DNA of 45,587 nucleotides from a virus: the IMG/VR virus record IMGVR_UViG_3300000944_000005, positions 110,039-155,625 of that record. The stretch is one strand, 5' to 3'. Positions 21,901 to 30,659 of this stretch are shown here, piece by piece (within the stretch, counting starts at the first letter, position 1; each line of letters begins with the position of its first letter). The position numbers and the translations under genes are program-made. The notes under the pieces were generated by a model. The model made no database searches, was not told where the DNA came from, and was given only the letters and a program-made list of their open reading frames with translations.

Positions 21901-22634
21901 GACATACCACCCAGCGATCGACCGAGTAATCCACGAGCTTGTAACTCGTTGACAGCCATACCAGCCTGGCCTGCAGACATCCCGCGTAACGTCGTAGGGT
22001 CGTAGTTGTCGCCGAACAGTTGTTCGTATACCTCTTGCGTTACACGCCCTGATGAATCACCGGAGTAAGAGACGTCACCTGTGACTGGATCAAGTCCGGT
22101 ACGCAGCGCTTGATGAAACTGTTGGGCGAATACGGTTGCTGATCCTCTAGACCCGTGGAGTCGATCAACTAAGTCAGGCCCTAACATTTGAGTCAACATT
22201 GGTGTGAACTGCGAAATCCCTTGAGCTAATTTAAGGTTACGAGCTGATTGTACCTCGCTCAATGGTTTGCCAGTAAACATCTGAGTGATACCACCAAGCG
22301 TATTCTCCACGGCGTTCGTGTCCCGCTCTGCTGCCATACGCATAGCTTGCTGACCAGCGTTGTAGAATTTATTCGCTTGATATTGGGTGTACAGGTTCTG
22401 TTCAGGATTAAACTGTGCTGGGAATTTACCCCCGCCCATGAACCCTTGTAACAACATGGGAGCCAACATTTGCATCATAGGGCCACCTTGACCCGCGTTT
22501 AGATTGAACGGTCCTGTATAACGTGGTCCGTTATCTCCGGCGAACATAGGCGTACGTCCGAACAGGGACGCAGTGGCGCCCATAGGTAAACCTGGTTGGC
22601 TACCCGGATACGTGTTTACTGGATATATCGACAT
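18981..22634 (-). CDS. Tape measure protein-like
   Basis: 1217 aa, Ala/Gly/Gln/Met-rich, helical, no Cys; longest gene, between chaperones and baseplate genes. Confidence 0.7.
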   Translation of the reverse strand: MSIYPVNTYPGSQPGLPMGATASLFGRTPMFAGDNGPRYTGPFNLNAGQGGPMMQMLAPMLLQGFMGGGKFPAQFNPEQNLYTQYQANKFYNAGQQAMRMAAERDTNAVENTLGGITQMFTGKPLSEVQSARNLKLAQGISQFTPMLTQMLGPDLVDRLHGSRGSATVFAQQFHQALRTGLDPVTGDVSYSGDSSGRVTQEVYEQLFGDNYDPTTLRGMSAGQAGMAVNELQARGLLGRSLGGMSVQEQRGAVSDSLDAGTIDRIAKSVLAAQDIANPNAAQITAARNQVQDSHRRIKDPSVDLSLDELQALPGGEGIIQAADADRISGRLKNMAGAVRAMRDIFGDMGNPNAPMREIINGLDALTQGGLATMSSSSVEAMVRKTHNIAKQTGIGVQGMIGLTAQYANTADQLGLDRSFAVRTAQQSALFGAAAGDTLNLDMPVWGAMSKEQLALVDGQLRMHAAASPLANQLGSIMRMSETGMIDPAEGSELSSIVSAIRNGQRDYEFDGRSHSLAMRRSKLFDVLSRDAGLTYNEAQAVIMDRSGNQKHIQEFNTDQITRKHFQLDEVINNSLAPAVGGRLRNVLDEDGISELLINNGTIKNNSEFGVMMHRIGSGIASDFMRMDSKTRKDDDLRREALQKSFKYRTREQLKAYLPKDTSDAEVDAMVEEVIARRGGETGLAAIAETSYAVMNTVFSRTPLKNAQVAADVHSPEAQQRVAVRERLAEADSIKQTALSALGTSGPIRRVADALQEATGETDGLEILSDTLNGVDVAEIEQHDPTGTLAQMFGLVSETGKLDVRDPKQFKKLKQAATMIRGLNEGGTYAKEALNILDNSQEEFSMVKDPLKLRESLTIMLDPEKAKKLKDSHRKIVGDRLSMLVKDEEIDVVADLGKQAATGLGKKMTDESKDVMRAFVRDTARRSRQLMQDDSSMAQLGKGGLKLVRDASAMSTKLQTMAADKEISVEELIRQDPEARKLFDGMRGKWAEIQRRRGYVTLPGQGLNKENRKREAMTAEEKKDLEASQEFLKKGSVADRAEDVFKRLTGLTSRKTRVRLEVDSNRDKLMAAITDGDRSVGLDRALRGRDSIMEMAMQKGVFGDKKLEELTAEERASAYDRVARLNLDDTERDSLQQFKKMSDPLSGLESLDPGDAAVEMLQRINQFNGAAVPVEDKQDKKMDVTVTGVVTVNEDGTANLNLNGPGLMDTVQNASGTV

Positions 22635-23109
22635 TGCTCAATTCCTTTCGAGCTTTACGCGCTCGGTCTTTTTCCCACTGCGTCATCGGTCCTTTTTCGA
22701 AGACCTCTCTCAACGAGGCAATCATTGCTTCGTACTGCGGATCTCCTGGGTTACCAAACTCTTCTCGGTAAGCCTCTACCAATGCTGTGTTTGCTGTCTT
22801 CGATCCTTCTTCATTTAACGAATCGCTGAGCCACGGGTAAGTAGCCTTTAAAACCTTATTGAATGCTTCACTTGCGTTTATCTTCGCTTTATCAAATGAG
22901 TCATCCGTCAACCGGTTGTTCGATACTATTGTAATCCAATGCTTGTGTTGGATCTCTGCCACTTTAGCTGATTGTTGGGTTGCTAGTTCATCTAAAACCC
23001 ACTGCGTGCGTCGCCACCACCACGTATCCCAGGGATCGAACTGGCTGAAATCAATCATACCAGTGGTTTGTGCCCGTACCATTAGACGGGCAGTTCGATC
23101 CCTTTCCAA
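22600..23109 (-). CDS. Tail assembly chaperone, second ORF (gpT-like); start by frameshift or ATG 23082
   Basis: In the -1 frame relative to the upstream gene, overlapping its end; immediately before the tape measure. Confidence 0.55.
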   Translation of the reverse strand: MERDRTARLMVRAQTTGMIDFSQFDPWDTWWWRRTQWVLDELATQQSAKVAEIQHKHWITIVSNNRLTDDSFDKAKINASEAFNKVLKATYPWLSDSLNEEGSKTANTALVEAYREEFGNPGDPQYEAMIASLREVFEKGPMTQWEKDRARKARKELSNVDISSKHVSG

Positions 23110-24290
23110 AAATCCGGTGCGTTAGTCATCGTCTCTAAGTACTCGACCAAGCGTTGGAATTGTTGGTGTGTATTTCCAAGCATTCGTCGTACTGGTTCTT
23201 GTGCTGCCCCTTTCTCGTAGAAGTATTCTCGCATCGCCATCAACCCGGTAGGTTCTACTGGTGTGTCATCACCTGCTGCGGGTAGTACCGCTTTGAAATC
23301 TTCAGCCGGTGGTGCTTTGTAAACTGGGCTACCTCCAATAATCACCTTATGTGTGGCAATCACTAACCGAAGTTCCATTAAGTGCATCCAGTACTCAGCG
23401 TCACCGGTGATCCTACCTTGACGGGCCATGTGACCGAGTTGAGTCTGTAGTATCTCCGCCTCTTGACTGGTTAAACTCCTGAAGACGACAACAAGGTTAC
23501 CACCTAGCAGTGAGTAACGTTTCTCAAAACGCTTCAATCCTAAGACACCAGCTAGGAATATTTGTTTGTCCTCATCAGTAGCGGCGACATCGAATTCTAC
23601 AGACAGCGGCCAACTACAACGTTGACAATTTGTCTGTGCTGGGAGACCGTTCGCGACTGTTTGTGGTTCGGGTTCCGCGGCCGCAGGTTCCGGAGATTGC
23701 CGGGCTTGCTCCATTTGAGCAGCAGTCTCCATTTTTTCTGCCAACGTTGGTGCTGGTTGAATACGGTCGTCCACAACAGATGACTGTGATGTGGATGCTT
23801 CAGCTGCGCGTTTCGCTTGTTCGCCTTGTAGTATTTGTTGCCGCATTAAATCACGTTGCTCGCCTTGAATCGACGCAGGGATTTGTGCCTCGATACGATC
23901 GTTAGCTGCGTCTATTTGTTTTTGTTCCGCCGCCTGAACTTTGAATTCTTGTAAGTACTGACGCACTTTATCTTGTTGCTCTGTCGGAAGATCCTCAATA
24001 TTTACAAAGTTAGGATCTACAGGCTTCCAGTTAGTTGCGATGTCCGTACCTTCGATACCTCGCTGAGCCATTACTTCTTCTTGAAGTTGTTTAAGTCGGA
24101 CACCTAAATCACCGGGGACAGGATCACCTTCTTTCCACCCAACGGACTCAAGACTTTTGCGAGTCTGGTCTGTCATGTAGACACGTCCGGACTGCATAGG
24201 CGGTTTACCTTCTCCGGGTTTGATATGCTCCGGGATCGATTGACCGGGTGCAGGTTTAGGTACTGGTTTTGGTTGTAGGCCTTCTGACAT
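23082..24290 (-). CDS. Tail assembly chaperone-like protein (gpG-like) with CxxC
   Basis: VVFRSLTSQE motif typical of chaperones; ends in DFW at a slippery run; Pro/Gln-rich N-terminal half. Confidence 0.55.
   Translation of the reverse strand: MSEGLQPKPVPKPAPGQSIPEHIKPGEGKPPMQSGRVYMTDQTRKSLESVGWKEGDPVPGDLGVRLKQLQEEVMAQRGIEGTDIATNWKPVDPNFVNIEDLPTEQQDKVRQYLQEFKVQAAEQKQIDAANDRIEAQIPASIQGEQRDLMRQQILQGEQAKRAAEASTSQSSVVDDRIQPAPTLAEKMETAAQMEQARQSPEPAAAEPEPQTVANGLPAQTNCQRCSWPLSVEFDVAATDEDKQIFLAGVLGLKRFEKRYSLLGGNLVVVFRSLTSQEAEILQTQLGHMARQGRITGDAEYWMHLMELRLVIATHKVIIGGSPVYKAPPAEDFKAVLPAAGDDTPVEPTGLMAMREYFYEKGAAQEPVRRMLGNTHQQFQRLVEYLETMTNAPDFWKGIELPV
23109..23115 (-). other. Candidate -1 ribosomal frameshift heptamer G GAT TTT
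   Basis: In frame in the upstream gene (CCG GAT TTT TGG) and inside the short window where the -1 frame is open. Confidence 0.5.
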
Positions 24291-27064
24291 TATCGAATTA
24301 CCGTATATTCATTGAGTGACGTAAATTTTTGTTCTGCGAACTTCGGCTCTGAGTAACTCTCACTCAAACTACCTTGCTCGCCCCGACTTTTACTACGACC
24401 GTTTTGTGCGTCAAAAATTGTTAAATCCTGCTGGCCGTAAACTTTGCTGGATTCAAACGCTTCTCTACCGGGGTAAGGATATGTTGGTATACCTTGACAT
24501 GTGACTGGTTTCTCTATCCAAGGTTTACCAGATTTCTTAGTTAACCGGTCAAGTTGTTGCCAACGATCTTCAAATACTTTGAAATTCTCAGTGCGGTAAT
24601 CTTCTGTGACACGGAAACTGAACTCGCCTTTTAAGATAACATCATCAGACCCGGGTCTGTTTTCTTCGTAGAACGCTGGTGTCAGTGTTCTATCAAGGAA
24701 CGATGTACCCACATCAGGAGTGTCTTGCTCAATCAGACGCCTGCAAAGTCTTACCGCGTCATCAACTTTACTAAGAGGTTCTCCTTCCAGTTCCCCGACA
24801 AATGGTTCAACCGCACTTATACCTTGTGTAACAGCTAGGTTACCGTTAAATACACCCCCACCGTCAGCAATTAAACTACCACCAAGACACATATTACCAG
24901 GCATAATAAATCCAGTATTTGTCATACATGCAGAAACATCTCCGACAGTTTCATCAACTGTATCGAAGTGCCAGTAATGTCCTTGATCATTAAAGTGATT
25001 AGCAAAGGAACAGTAAGTCACGAGAGGACCCTTACCACGATCAGCGTCTAATACAATTGATCCAGAACCTAAACCTGGCCCACCAGTACGTAGATAAACA
25101 TCTGGCGCCCATGTTACTGCAGCTGCCTTTGTCGATCGGATGATCACCCCAGCAAATTGTGCCTGTTCACCACACTCGTTAAAGTTGTAATCACCATTAC
25201 CGCGACTTTCTAGTAACAAACCTCCACTACCAGAGTTACCTGCAACGACCATCATGTTCTTTTCAACTTTGATTCGACCGTCACCATCAGTCGCTGAGAT
25301 ATCAAACGAGTTCTTGGCCCGTTGAACGAGGTCTGTACCCGCCCAAAGATTCGTGTTACGTCCGCTCTTAATCCATACGTCGCCAGGCGCCGAGATTTCT
25401 AAAGACCCACCAGTCATACGAATGGAACCGCCGGAACCGTCGTTAATCAGCACACCGCCGTCGTCTAACAGTTCGAACCCACAAGATAATGTGTAGAATT
25501 TTTGCTCACCATATCGGTGATCAATATCCCAAGTCTTCTCATAGTCGGTGGCGTCAATGTAGGCGTCACTTGCGAGCCTACCGAAGTCTGGTATTTCTTC
25601 ACTTTTACCGTCAGCCCACTCAGCGTCTTCCTCTTGCCACAACCTATAATTCTCTTTGTGATAGAAGAACGGATGCACACCGGCGTAGTTGAAAAAGTAC
25701 GCGTGCATGTCCATGATACCCATAGCACGATTGAAGTTCTTATTTTCTTCAGCGATTGTCTCAATGTCGCCAGTGATTAAGTGCTCTTCCCCGTCACCTA
25801 CGACACCACTAGATTTATAATTCTCTGGACTATCACCATCAGGATCTTCCGGACGTCGTCGCCGTGTAGGTAACATGATCGCTGCACGTTTAACGAGTGA
25901 GATGCCTTTCGCTGATTGAATCAACAATCGTCCGTCTGCAGTAACGGACGAATCAAATAATCCCGGGTGCTTCGCGTCCACCTTACCACTACCACCGAAG
26001 TACGATGTATGTTCGGTACGGGCACCCGCCGCCATGTCGGTCATAGAATCCGACCCACTATCACCGTTAACGCCTCCGAACTCGATAGGCGGGGCGACCA
26101 CTGAATGTTTACCACCCTGTCCGAGGTAACCGTGGAATTCGCGTTCCCGGTGCCACGGCATCATGTAGTCGTCTACTGGTTCCATTTTGGAGTAGCAAGG
26201 TTCGTCAATTTGCCACTCTTGGGCTGTCTTGATGACAGTAGGGTCAGCCCTTGCGGCTAGCCCAAGTTGCTCCCACGGGTACATCGCATAACCAGTCCAG
26301 TCGAACGACTCATCTTGGTCGTTGAGTGACTCAGATTCTCGTACGGCCGTCCACAGTTGAAAGTTGTATGCCGCAAGCCTCGCGAGCATGTCGTGGTAGT
26401 GGAAACTGATCTGACATGACTCTTCGATACCGAACATCGCCATGAACGGATCCACGAAAGCCTTCACCCCAGTTTCAGTGATCCAACCAGTCTCTCCGAC
26501 ACATGTGGCGTCAAACGGTCGCCCGGCAAGGAGTGCAGGAATGTAACCGCCCTCAGCCAAACGCATCGGTCTTTTATGAGCCTCGTCGACACGGTTGCGA
26601 GTGGCTCCGTGTAAAATAGAGTGATTGTTTTTTCGAGGATCACTACCAGTCGGTGGTACGACACCTATGATCTGTGCCCACGGTAACTGCTCATGGCAGA
26701 TACATGTGACCAAGGTACCGGGTTGCAATGTATTGATCTCACGCGCACCAAACATATTACAACTGGTACGCGGGGTAAGAAAACCGACAACTGTTTTGTG
26801 GTTTTTTTCGAGCTGGATACGGTAGACGTTACCGATCGCACAGGTGTCAGTGATGAAACCTTGTACGGTACGTGCCGTGTTATTAAAGCTCAGATAAGAA
26901 GCCGCTGTCTGACTTTGGGGATCAGAGACCGGGCGTGATTGATTAATCGGACCGGGAGATCCGTATTGTGCTTCTGCGGCTTTACCGCCCATACGACGCG
27001 CAGCTGCACCCACACTCTCACTTGAACCTGCGCCGAACAGCGCAGCCAATTTAGACTTAGACAT
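24290..27064 (-). CDS. Central spike-like protein (gp5/VgrG-like)
   Basis: OB-fold-like LQPGTLVTC...IIGVVP; beta-helix-like run ELLDDGGVLINDGSGGSIRMTGGSLEISAPGDVWIKSGRN; AGGAGAGG RBS before ATG 27064. Confidence 0.65.
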   Translation of the reverse strand: MSKSKLAALFGAGSSESVGAAARRMGGKAAEAQYGSPGPINQSRPVSDPQSQTAASYLSFNNTARTVQGFITDTCAIGNVYRIQLEKNHKTVVGFLTPRTSCNMFGAREINTLQPGTLVTCICHEQLPWAQIIGVVPPTGSDPRKNNHSILHGATRNRVDEAHKRPMRLAEGGYIPALLAGRPFDATCVGETGWITETGVKAFVDPFMAMFGIEESCQISFHYHDMLARLAAYNFQLWTAVRESESLNDQDESFDWTGYAMYPWEQLGLAARADPTVIKTAQEWQIDEPCYSKMEPVDDYMMPWHREREFHGYLGQGGKHSVVAPPIEFGGVNGDSGSDSMTDMAAGARTEHTSYFGGSGKVDAKHPGLFDSSVTADGRLLIQSAKGISLVKRAAIMLPTRRRRPEDPDGDSPENYKSSGVVGDGEEHLITGDIETIAEENKNFNRAMGIMDMHAYFFNYAGVHPFFYHKENYRLWQEEDAEWADGKSEEIPDFGRLASDAYIDATDYEKTWDIDHRYGEQKFYTLSCGFELLDDGGVLINDGSGGSIRMTGGSLEISAPGDVWIKSGRNTNLWAGTDLVQRAKNSFDISATDGDGRIKVEKNMMVVAGNSGSGGLLLESRGNGDYNFNECGEQAQFAGVIIRSTKAAAVTWAPDVYLRTGGPGLGSGSIVLDADRGKGPLVTYCSFANHFNDQGHYWHFDTVDETVGDVSACMTNTGFIMPGNMCLGGSLIADGGGVFNGNLAVTQGISAVEPFVGELEGEPLSKVDDAVRLCRRLIEQDTPDVGTSFLDRTLTPAFYEENRPGSDDVILKGEFSFRVTEDYRTENFKVFEDRWQQLDRLTKKSGKPWIEKPVTCQGIPTYPYPGREAFESSKVYGQQDLTIFDAQNGRSKSRGEQGSLSESYSEPKFAEQKFTSLNEYTVIR

Positions 27065-27100
27065 CACCTCTCCTAGGCAAACTTGGGTCAAGAGACCCCA

Positions 27101-27122
27101 AGCCCCGACCGAAGTCGGGGCT
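27101..27122 (-). terminator. GC-rich 9-bp hairpin with UUCG loop after the tube gene (no clear U-tract)
   Basis: Minus strand reads AGCCCCGAC-TTCG-GTCGGGGCT. Confidence 0.55.
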
Positions 27123-27167
27123 CAAAATCAGTATCTTTTATACGTCGAACTGAATTCAGTCGCGAGA

Positions 27168-27614
27168 CTAAATTTCGAGATCAGCAAAGATAAACTGTAA
27201 CTGCTCGTTGATCACGACATCCTGGGCCTGTACAGACACCGAGACGGTTGTGAGCACCGCGTCTTCCAACAAGTAACGAACCGCGCCAGTGTTTGCGTTA
27301 CCACAACTACTATTGCGACCCGAGAAACTGATAGGCTGCGGGTTACAGACATCGTTGTACATTTGAATGAACTCAGCCCCGAATTGTGCAGGACCGGCGA
27401 CACGAGACAACGTAGCTGTACCTTGAGCTCGCCCACCAACGTAGTACACGTTAGCCGAACCGATCTCGTACAACATCGTAACTTGTTGCGAGTATGAAAA
27501 CTGAACATTTTGGACGAGGAAACCGTCAACGGATCGACCACCAACTTGTACGTTGAGAAGATCAGATCGAAAACCGCCGTTAACACGTTGCCCGCCTGCG
27601 AATACAGATGGCAT
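27168..27614 (-). CDS. Tail tube protein
   Basis: 148 aa after the sheath; VQNVQFSYSQQVTMLYEIGS...GTATLSR...VINEQLQF is a tube-protein pattern. Confidence 0.8.
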   Translation of the reverse strand: MPSVFAGGQRVNGGFRSDLLNVQVGGRSVDGFLVQNVQFSYSQQVTMLYEIGSANVYYVGGRAQGTATLSRVAGPAQFGAEFIQMYNDVCNPQPISFSGRNSSCGNANTGAVRYLLEDAVLTTVSVSVQAQDVVINEQLQFIFADLEI

Positions 27615-27694
27615 ATTGTAATTCCTTTACGTTTACAAGACCCTTGTGGTCTCAATACCTGGTTAAATGAAACTGCTTAACCCTGCTGACCTGA

Positions 27695-30607
27695 TTAAAT
27701 AACCAGGTGCAGCTCAAGATTGTTAAGCGGCGCTGGAACATTCAAGTTCAGTACCACTTCGATTCGATCTGCTGCAAGTGGATGGATACGGATGATTTCC
27801 ACACCATCGTTGTCTACAGCGAATGTACCCGCGATCAACTGCGGCCCCAAGTCTGGAGAGAAGTTGTTGGTCTCGAAGAAACGGATCACCCGACCCAACT
27901 CGTAACGTACGCGTTGAACCATCGAATCTGTTACATTTGCGCGACCGATCAGCGGACGGATGCGACGCAAGAACACGTAGCTCATGCTATCGACATTTCG
28001 TCGAATCATTTCTTCCCGGCGATTGAGGTCGAGGGTATCCGTCGTCAACGCGTGGCGTGTGAACGGTGTACCATCCATATCCTCAGTTGCGATCCAAATA
28101 CCACCCGCGGCTAGTTGGTCTAACTGGGTACCACTGAAGAACGCTTTAGTACGACTAGCGAGGTCATCGAATCCGACAATCTCAACATTGGTCAAACCTT
28201 GATGCGGTACAACACCAGACGCTAGTCCGGCCAGTGCCGCGTTCAAGAAGTAACCAGGTTGAGCGTTGCCGCCAGTACCGACAATGTCAGGCCATGTAGC
28301 GACTACGCGATTACTCGCGAAACTTTGTGCTTGTTGCACTAGATCAGTAGCGGTTTCGTTGCGGTCGAAGGTATGGAAGATTTCCACCTTCTGCGCTACA
28401 GTGATTTCACTGTCGTACCCGTTAAGAAGAATCAACGACTCTTCGGACAAGACACGATCGACAATGAACTCTTGGTACGACGCTTCGCCAAAGGCGTCTA
28501 GCGTGAACAAGAATCGAACAATGTCACCAGATTGTACACCGTGCGTGATGAAACCGGCGTTAGCGTCCGGAACACTCAACAACGTGAACTGCTCACCACT
28601 AGCTGCCGGATTGTTCGACAACGTCGCAAGTACCACTTCACCATCCAACGACGTCGGTGTAAGTGATTGCGTGTTCGTATCACTACGCCCGATAACCATC
28701 GCTGACGTACGTGCCTGTAAGTTGACAAACATACCCTTCCAGTTCCCACGTTCCGGTGATGACTCAGCAGTAACCTGAGCCTGAAACAAGTCGAGAACTT
28801 CACGATCGTAAGTCAGAGGTACGTAGTTGTAGATGTCATCACGCCCACCCGCACGTTCCAGTGAGTTCTGCCACGACTCCAACGAGCGTGGATCACTGAT
28901 GGCTGTGTAGGCTACGCGAGTACCGTTGGAGTTCTGTAACGCACGGAAGACACCCCACTTCAGGGTGTTCTGTTCGTCGAGTTGTCCGGGGATCTCGTCG
29001 ATATCTGCAACGTTGTCGATGAAGTTGATTTCATTCGACAAGTCTACGAGCCACTCGGTGTACTCGATGAACATCTGGTTGAACGTACGGTTGTACAACG
29101 TCGTGTCGCAACCATTAAAGACTTGAAGCGGTTGCTCCACACCGTTACGTGTCCAAGAAGGACAGAACGCTGTGATACCTGCTTCAACAACCAACTGAGT
29201 AGACTCAATTGAGAAGTTCTTCAGTGGTGGGTTACTCAAACGGTTCTCCGTGACTTCGATAGTCTTTGGAATGAACAAACGCAGGTCCAAATCATCGGCA
29301 CCTTGAAGTTCCAGTGGTAGGTCGTCCCGTAGGATCAACGTACGCAAAGGGCCGTTAGCTCCGGTAAGTACCGAGATATAGAACTTATCACCACGACGAA
29401 GTCCAGCGATGTCACCATCGCCTGTTGTAGTACCTGGGGTACCATCGAAGTCTGGAACAGAACCACAGTCGATGAACGAAATGGTTAAACCGTAAGTACC
29501 AACAGGTACTGGGGTATTGGCACCAGGTACAACAACTGGTCCAGAGCTGTCGAGCCCTTTCGCAGTAGTGATTGTGATCTCTGGTTGATTTGCCCACACA
29601 CCACCTTTAGTGACTTCAATGATGTAGGTATCGTTGTCTGGTCCAAGGTACGAACTGTTATTCTCAGCACATACTTCTTCGAACTCTTGACACACATCGA
29701 CGCGCCAGGTTTGCCCTGTAACAAAGTGCTCGATACCGATAGACATACTCGACGCACCATCGGGAATCGCACCCTCCGAGAAGGTAACTGTCAAACCACG
29801 AGTACCGATTGGTGTTGGTGTTCCCAGTTCTGGTTGGATCTCTTCAACGTTATCCGTACCGGAATCACTGATGATCCGTAGTCGTGCGGATTCGCAACCT
29901 GCAATTGAAGATCGAATCACTTGGATAGTGTAACCCTCACAGACGTTACCTGAACTGATACCGTCGTAACCAGAACCGTCAGCAACCGCATTAACGTTGT
30001 CTGCTACACCGGAGGTCAACTGGATCGAAACACTGGCTTCTTGTGAACCAGCATTAGCGGCATCGTTCGATGTCTGGTGCACGATAGCAGCGACTTCATC
30101 AGCAGCGAAACCCGTGATGGTTGTGCAGAATTCTGCTTCTTCACAATCGTCAGTATCGTCGTGGACACCACGTAGGTAAACGACGTCACCGATTTCAGCA
30201 TCGCGATCGTTAAGCAGAGAGTGGCGAGGCCACAGGCTACCATTCGAACGAAAGTTGACAGAACTGTGACGTACCCAGTTCCGGTTGGTGGAGACGGGGG
30301 TTGTAGTACCACGACCGTCACTGTCATCACCGATAAGGTCTTCGAAGTAAAGCAACAGCGCGTCTTCGATGAACAACTTAACGCTGCTCGGGTCGATGAC
30401 GGAACCGGCTTCACGCCCAGGCCACGGATAACGACCACCGTTGGTACGATCGTAAGTACCAACGTTGATCAGAGCTTTTTCGTCGTCCACGTCGAAACGG
30501 TGGAGCATTGCATTAGGTCCGACGACCCATGCTCGCAATGCATCAGTGATCTCGTTTGAGGCCAGTTGGAATTCCTGGAAAACGAGTACTTGAGGCTTAA
30601 CGTACAT
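27695..30607 (-). CDS. Contractile tail sheath protein
   Basis: N-terminal YVKPQVLVFQE; C-terminal AALAGL...LTN, QLDQLAAGG, RHALTT, PAPLNNLEL sheath motifs; AGGAGG RBS. Confidence 0.88.
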   Translation of the reverse strand: MYVKPQVLVFQEFQLASNEITDALRAWVVGPNAMLHRFDVDDEKALINVGTYDRTNGGRYPWPGREAGSVIDPSSVKLFIEDALLLYFEDLIGDDSDGRGTTTPVSTNRNWVRHSSVNFRSNGSLWPRHSLLNDRDAEIGDVVYLRGVHDDTDDCEEAEFCTTITGFAADEVAAIVHQTSNDAANAGSQEASVSIQLTSGVADNVNAVADGSGYDGISSGNVCEGYTIQVIRSSIAGCESARLRIISDSGTDNVEEIQPELGTPTPIGTRGLTVTFSEGAIPDGASSMSIGIEHFVTGQTWRVDVCQEFEEVCAENNSSYLGPDNDTYIIEVTKGGVWANQPEITITTAKGLDSSGPVVVPGANTPVPVGTYGLTISFIDCGSVPDFDGTPGTTTGDGDIAGLRRGDKFYISVLTGANGPLRTLILRDDLPLELQGADDLDLRLFIPKTIEVTENRLSNPPLKNFSIESTQLVVEAGITAFCPSWTRNGVEQPLQVFNGCDTTLYNRTFNQMFIEYTEWLVDLSNEINFIDNVADIDEIPGQLDEQNTLKWGVFRALQNSNGTRVAYTAISDPRSLESWQNSLERAGGRDDIYNYVPLTYDREVLDLFQAQVTAESSPERGNWKGMFVNLQARTSAMVIGRSDTNTQSLTPTSLDGEVVLATLSNNPAASGEQFTLLSVPDANAGFITHGVQSGDIVRFLFTLDAFGEASYQEFIVDRVLSEESLILLNGYDSEITVAQKVEIFHTFDRNETATDLVQQAQSFASNRVVATWPDIVGTGGNAQPGYFLNAALAGLASGVVPHQGLTNVEIVGFDDLASRTKAFFSGTQLDQLAAGGIWIATEDMDGTPFTRHALTTDTLDLNRREEMIRRNVDSMSYVFLRRIRPLIGRANVTDSMVQRVRYELGRVIRFFETNNFSPDLGPQLIAGTFAVDNDGVEIIRIHPLAADRIEVVLNLNVPAPLNNLELHLVI

Positions 30608-30659
30608 TTAATCCCTCCTAGAAGGATGGTTGTTGAATGGAATGTATGGCTGCGGTGTG

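Noticed and set aside
23101-23108. Lambda-like GGAAAG slippery site (TGGAAAG)
   Set aside because: Not in the X XXY YYZ phase for the upstream frame; G GAT TTT fits better.
27212-27655. 147-aa alternative-frame ORF over the tail tube gene
   Set aside because: Overlaps a convincing tube gene that has its own RBS; the alternative product has no protein-like features.
10824-30607. Extracellular contractile injection system, tailocin or T6SS
   Set aside because: Capsid, protease, scaffold and neck genes are contiguous with the tail genes, indicating a phage.
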